From: Catajapyx aquilonaris | Lineage: Eukaryota | Assembly: GCA_000934665.2 (NCBI GenBank) | Contig: JYFJ02003824.1 | Location: 1-37,463, forward strand | DNA: 37,463 bases | Reading direction: 5' to 3' | Shown: positions 34,901 through 37,463 of the stretch, in pieces | How the letters are laid out: every line of letters starts with the position of its first letter | How positions within the stretch are numbered: position 1 is the first letter of the stretch | Notes under the pieces: generated by a model | The model's input: only the letters and a program-made list of their open reading frames with translations | What the model was told of the DNA's origin: nothing | The model's database searches: none | Translations under genes and position numbers: made by a program

Positions 34901-35967
34901 TTCAATAAATTAAGCAGTGCAGCAGTCATAAATTCATGCCAGCATACTGGGAAACAGTACAATTCCGCCGACCACGTGATGTAATATGATGATCACACTC
35001 ATGTTAAAACTATATAGGCCTACATATAGTGCAGCAATCTTTGACGGCGTGTTTGAGAGTTTCATATCTACACTGCATAACTGGATTAATTTCCTGCATT
35101 CAAGATCAATATTCGCATAGTGACTACTCTATGAATAGTCATTTTACACGATTCATTCCTGACTCACCTAGTATACTGCATACGTACACATAAGTTATAT
35201 GTCAGATTGCGTAGCTATGTAATACAGATACAGCATATTAATATTTTCTATCAGCACCACGGTCAATATCTGCTATAAAAAATCTAGAACATGACATCTC
35301 ATGGTCACTGACCAGAACCCCGGAAAAGTACTCCCCTTATGTCAGTCACTGTATAACTAATAATCAAGCAATACTGCATCGATTCCACTTCTTTTTATTT
35401 TGAACGAGTCCTTCTATTAATAGCACCCCGGTACCCTGCAGTGCACTGCTTCCAGGTGAGCCTTACCTGCTGCCTACCCTATCGATTTTCACATATCACC
35501 ATGTCGTAGCACAAGACCGCACGCGCATGTGAGGCACACTCTACATCGTGTCAATAAGACAAACTGTCCATGTGTGAATCAGCGAGCACCAGTACAACAC
35601 ACGTACCCTGATCCTGGGAGTAGACCGTGTTCGAGTGCACGTCCCCGTCCCTGTGTATCCTCACATGGTGCATCTCGGACACCAGCATGGGCACCTTCCT
35701 CCCGCCGCTGGCCACCTTCTTGTTGCTCTTGGCCGCCGCCTCCTGCTTGTTGCCGCCCCGAGTGGACCCACGGGCGGCCCTGAGGGCGTCCCTGCAGCAC
35801 TTGGCGCACTGGTAGGCCAGCGCCCATGCGTGCTCCTCGTTGATGGGTGCATTGAATGAGCGGAGGATCCGGTGCAGGTTCACGCAGCCCTCCGAGTCCA
35901 GCTGCAGGAGCTGGGAGCCCAATGGCGGGGGCGGTGGCGGAGGGGGCGGCCCCGGGGCTCCTTCCAT
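7796..35967 (-). CDS. spir: Protein spire, whole gene span. join(35967-35607,33419-33385,27950-27833,22588-22482,21275-21087,19570-19325,17598-17481,10164-10052,9650-9258,9159-8932,8863-8370,7985-7796); 2592 nt, 863 aa
   Basis: All 11 introns are GT-AG with matching phases and the joined frame is open. KIND, WH2 x4, Spir-box and modified FYVE occur in canonical order, and the protein ends in LNLNPVY*. Confidence 0.95.
8370..8863 (-). CDS. spir: spire exon 11 (mFYVE inserted loop, Gly/Ser-rich)
   Basis: Acceptor ctcctcaacag; encodes [18 protein letters not shown]...VGSAPPSP...; donor AC|GTAAGT. Confidence 0.92.
8932..9159 (-). CDS. spir: spire exon 10 (Spir-box and FYVE Cys1-6)
   Basis: Encodes [22 protein letters not shown] (Spir-box) and CFLC...CKLC...CAKC; donor AAG|GTAATG. 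The acceptor could be 9159 (ggcag) or 9171 (ggaag); both are phase 0. Confidence 0.92.
9258..9650 (-). CDS. spir: spire exon 9 (central linker)
   Basis: Acceptor gtcctttcag; encodes [12 protein letters not shown]...ALDLATQC...RRHTIS...SLQEEFFRS; donor TCC|GTAAGC. Contains an (AAC)n poly-Asn run. Confidence 0.9.
10052..10164 (-). CDS. spir: spire exon 8 (myosin V globular-tail-binding-like motif)
   Basis: Phase 1 in, phase 0 out; encodes [38 protein letters not shown]; donor GAT|GTGAGT. Confidence 0.82.
11732..12045 (-). CDS. Candidate alternative terminal exon of spire (short KIND+WH2 isoform)
   Basis: A phase-1 acceptor (gtccag|CAGCAAAG) puts exon 7 in frame with ORF 11732-12037. AATAAA lies at 11639-11634. 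The polypyrimidine tract is weak and I recognise no homology. Confidence 0.25.
12431..12496. promoter_or_regulatory. CRE plus nuclear-receptor DR1 pair
   Basis: TGACGTCA at 12431-12438 and perfect AGGTCA-T-AGGTCA at 12484-12496. Confidence 0.35.
13081..13122. promoter_or_regulatory. 18-bp tandem duplication with TAATCC and E2F-like sites
   Basis: TAATCCACGCGAAATTGT / TAATCCGCGCGAAATTGC / GCCAAA; on the minus strand TTTCGCGT, TTTCGCGC and TTTGGCGC. Confidence 0.3.
15609..15621 (-). promoter_or_regulatory. Nuclear-receptor DR1 element
   Basis: TGACCTTTGACCC, which is GGGTCA-A-AGGTCA on the minus strand. Confidence 0.3.
17481..17598 (-). CDS. spir: spire exon 7 (WH2-D)
   Basis: Acceptor gttgtccag; encodes [39 protein letters not shown]; donor G|GTGAGT. 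Confidence 0.92.
19325..19570 (-). CDS. spir: spire exon 6 (WH2-A, B, C)
   Basis: Encodes [19 protein letters not shown]..., [19 protein letters not shown]... and [17 protein letters not shown]; acceptor atttttag, donor AAG|GTCAGA. Confidence 0.96.
21087..21275 (-). CDS. spir: spire exon 5 (KIND C-terminal helices)
   Basis: Encodes [63 protein letters not shown]; acceptor tgtccacag, donor TGG|GTGAGT. Not in the ORF track. Confidence 0.95.
22482..22588 (-). CDS. spir: spire exon 4 (KIND acidic loop)
   Basis: Encodes [36 protein letters not shown] (DEGI/Y motif); acceptor ctatttgcag, donor GAA|GTGCGT. Confidence 0.9.
27833..27950 (-). CDS. spir: spire exon 3 (KIND core)
   Basis: Encodes [39 protein letters not shown]; acceptor cctttcgcag, donor CAG|GTAAGG. 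Confidence 0.95.
32952..32992. repeat. 17-bp perfect direct repeat
   Basis: CATTTTCTATCGAGAGT at 32952-32968 and 32976-32992. Confidence 0.8.
33385..33419 (-). CDS. spir: spire exon 2 (35-nt microexon)
   Basis: ttactttttcag|GGTCGACTCGCATGGTGGCGTCGTCGGAAGGCAGG|gtaaga, encoding (G)[11 protein letters not shown]. It supplies the phase 1 to phase 0 change needed between exons 1 and 3. Confidence 0.85.
35607..35967 (-). CDS. spir: spire exon 1 (poly-Pro plus KIND N-terminus)
   Basis: ATG at 35967; encodes [26 protein letters not shown]...[11 protein letters not shown]; donor G|GTACGT. Confidence 0.93.
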
Positions 35968-36240
35968 CCTACCCGCCAACGATTCGGCTCAAGGTGCGTA
36001 CGTGTGTAATATCCGAGAGAAGAGTCCTTTTTCGCGATCCGCACTGTTCGGCGCTTGGGCCGCGACTGCGCCGTTTGAGCCTTAGCGCCCGCCGGTTAGG
36101 TGGTGCCTCGGGAGGCCGGCAGAGGCGCCTCCTGCCCCGGACTGGAAAATCAGCGGATGGCCCTGGTGACGTCACTTGGCGATTTGGCGGGAGGGATCGG
36201 TTGGGAGGTCCGGATCTGGGGGAGGAGGGCCTCCGAAATT
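35968..36240 (-). promoter_or_regulatory. GC/CpG-rich spire 5' UTR and promoter with CRE palindrome
   Basis: Visibly GC-rich block between the spire ATG and the AT-rich 3' end of the upstream gene; GTGACGTCAC at 36166-36175. Confidence 0.55.
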
Positions 36241-36417
36241 AACTGCCTATGAAACGTGTGTATGGGCAGTTTCAGGGATCCATGGTTACTGCGGCAGGCA
36301 ACAATACATTCTACTCAAGCAGGGCCCTGACTACGACTTGTTGCTTACCTAACCATGTGGCTGCTTTACAGAACTTGAAATAAATATAAAAAAAACAATG
36401 TCAATTTCATACTGTAA

Positions 36418-36423
36418 TTTATT
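36418..36423 (-). terminator. Polyadenylation signal of PTPN23/myopic
   Basis: AATAAA on the minus strand about 335 nt after the stop, followed about 20 nt later by a GU/U-rich tract (TTGTTTTTTTT). Confidence 0.6.
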
Positions 36424-36758
36424 CAACAGTCAAGCTGCCTACAACGGTGGGATTCTCACATTCCGATCCACTTACACTGGAATAAAATTTCTCATTCATT
36501 CGCCATACTTTGAGGAAACTGGGTGTGTAAAGGGCAGAGGTAAATACTGTAAATACACTGACATAATATTCCAGAGAGGGGGGGGAAAAATTAGCACCGA
36601 AGTATATGGCCATTAAAAACTGGAATGAAAATGTGAACATACAATAATATTGTTAGCATAAACGTTATGTGCAAAAGAACTGAAATAATCCAGCATAAAT
36701 GTCCACAAGGCACCATTCTGAGTACACTCGAAACACGTGGGCATGCAAGCAATTGCTC

Positions 36759-37249
36759 TTACTTGAGTGACCACAATGGATCGAGCTGACTCAATGGGTC
36801 ACTAGGATCAGTTGTGTCGCTTCCCAATGATCTGGCCTGATTGTTAAAGTCTTCCTTTGATATCTTGTGCTTCACTTGGCCTGAACCAATTGCACCTGAA
36901 GGCAGGTCAAGATTGAAGCTCATTGGGTCAACCAAGTGGGACAAGTTTGGGGGCAGGCTCAGTTTGCGTGATTCAGAAGATGAGGCAACCCGATGGGGTG
37001 AACCTCGAGTTGATCCTCCTCCACCATTGTTAACATTGGAACCAGTGCTGCTAGTGACGGACAAGTTGGAACTTGACCTGCTCAGATTCGAAGGAGGCTC
37101 TCCATTTTCAGACTTCGGAGGATCGGGCTGCGTCTGCTCAGGTTGCTGCTTGAGGTCCAGGCCGGAGTTCAGGAAGTCCTCTGATGGATGGCGAGTATGG
37201 CCTGATTTGGGCTTGTCCTCAAATGTAGGCCGAGTAGATAGAATGCCTC
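36759..37249 (-). CDS. PTPN23: Last coding exon of tyrosine-protein phosphatase non-receptor type 23 (HD-PTP / Myopic); the rest lies beyond the window
   Basis: Acceptor tttctttcaag, phase 1. Begins xGILSTRPTFEDK, continues as a low-complexity tail and ends KISKEDF...DPLSQLDPLWSLK*, matching the DPLS-LDPLW-L C-terminus I recall for the PTPN23 family. Confidence 0.82.
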
Positions 37250-37463
37250 CTTGAAAGAAATTCCACGTGCTGTATTTCTTAGGCACACACAACTTTTCAG
37301 AATATTGTAGGGACGATAGTCCCTATAAGTAAGATCCTCGTGCAAAAACAACAATGAAAATTTTCCTTGTTGGGAGGACGTTTTTCTGTCAAGCATATCT
37401 CAAAAACCGTTGCAAGTACAGCCTTCATATTTTGAACACGTATCCGGCCCGACGTGCTGCAGT

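Noticed and set aside
37440..37463. CSTSGR reading at the window edge as a PTP active-site motif
   Set aside because: Does not fit HCxxGxGR spacing and there is no suitable donor; probably intronic.
1..37463. Prokaryotic systems (CRISPR arrays, operons, defence islands), functional tRNA/rRNA genes, stop-codon readthrough
   Set aside because: The DNA has spliceosomal introns and no repeat-spacer array; the tRNA-like units lack acceptor stems; the stop contexts (TGA-TGC, TGA-TGC, TAA-GAG) are not the TGA-CTAG readthrough type.

Overview
Eukaryotic (arthropod-type) genomic DNA with three genes in tandem on the minus strand. (1) The last coding exon of the HD-PTP/PTPN23 orthologue (myopic), 36759-37249. 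(2) A complete 12-exon spire actin-nucleator gene, 35967->7796, about 863 aa. I rebuilt it by hand with GT-AG sites and consistent phases at every junction; it includes a 35-nt microexon and two further exons missing from the ORF track. Domains: KIND, four WH2, myosin-V-binding-like motif, Spir-box, modified FYVE. (3) An intronless divergent ionotropic receptor (IR), 4306->2546. The first ~2.4 kb is repeat-like: two degenerate tRNA-like units, a Helitron/Helentron-style hairpin and a foldback MITE-like element. I found no clear-cut new biological system. The best leads are a poly-Pro9 tract ahead of the Spire KIND domain, a candidate alternative terminal exon with AATAAA in the 7.3-kb intron after the WH2 cluster, five perfect CRE palindromes plus DR1 and E2F-like modules within spire, a stop-free sense/antisense ORF pair in intron 3, and the tRNA-like/hairpin composite repeat. 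All family assignments come from motif recognition, not database searches.
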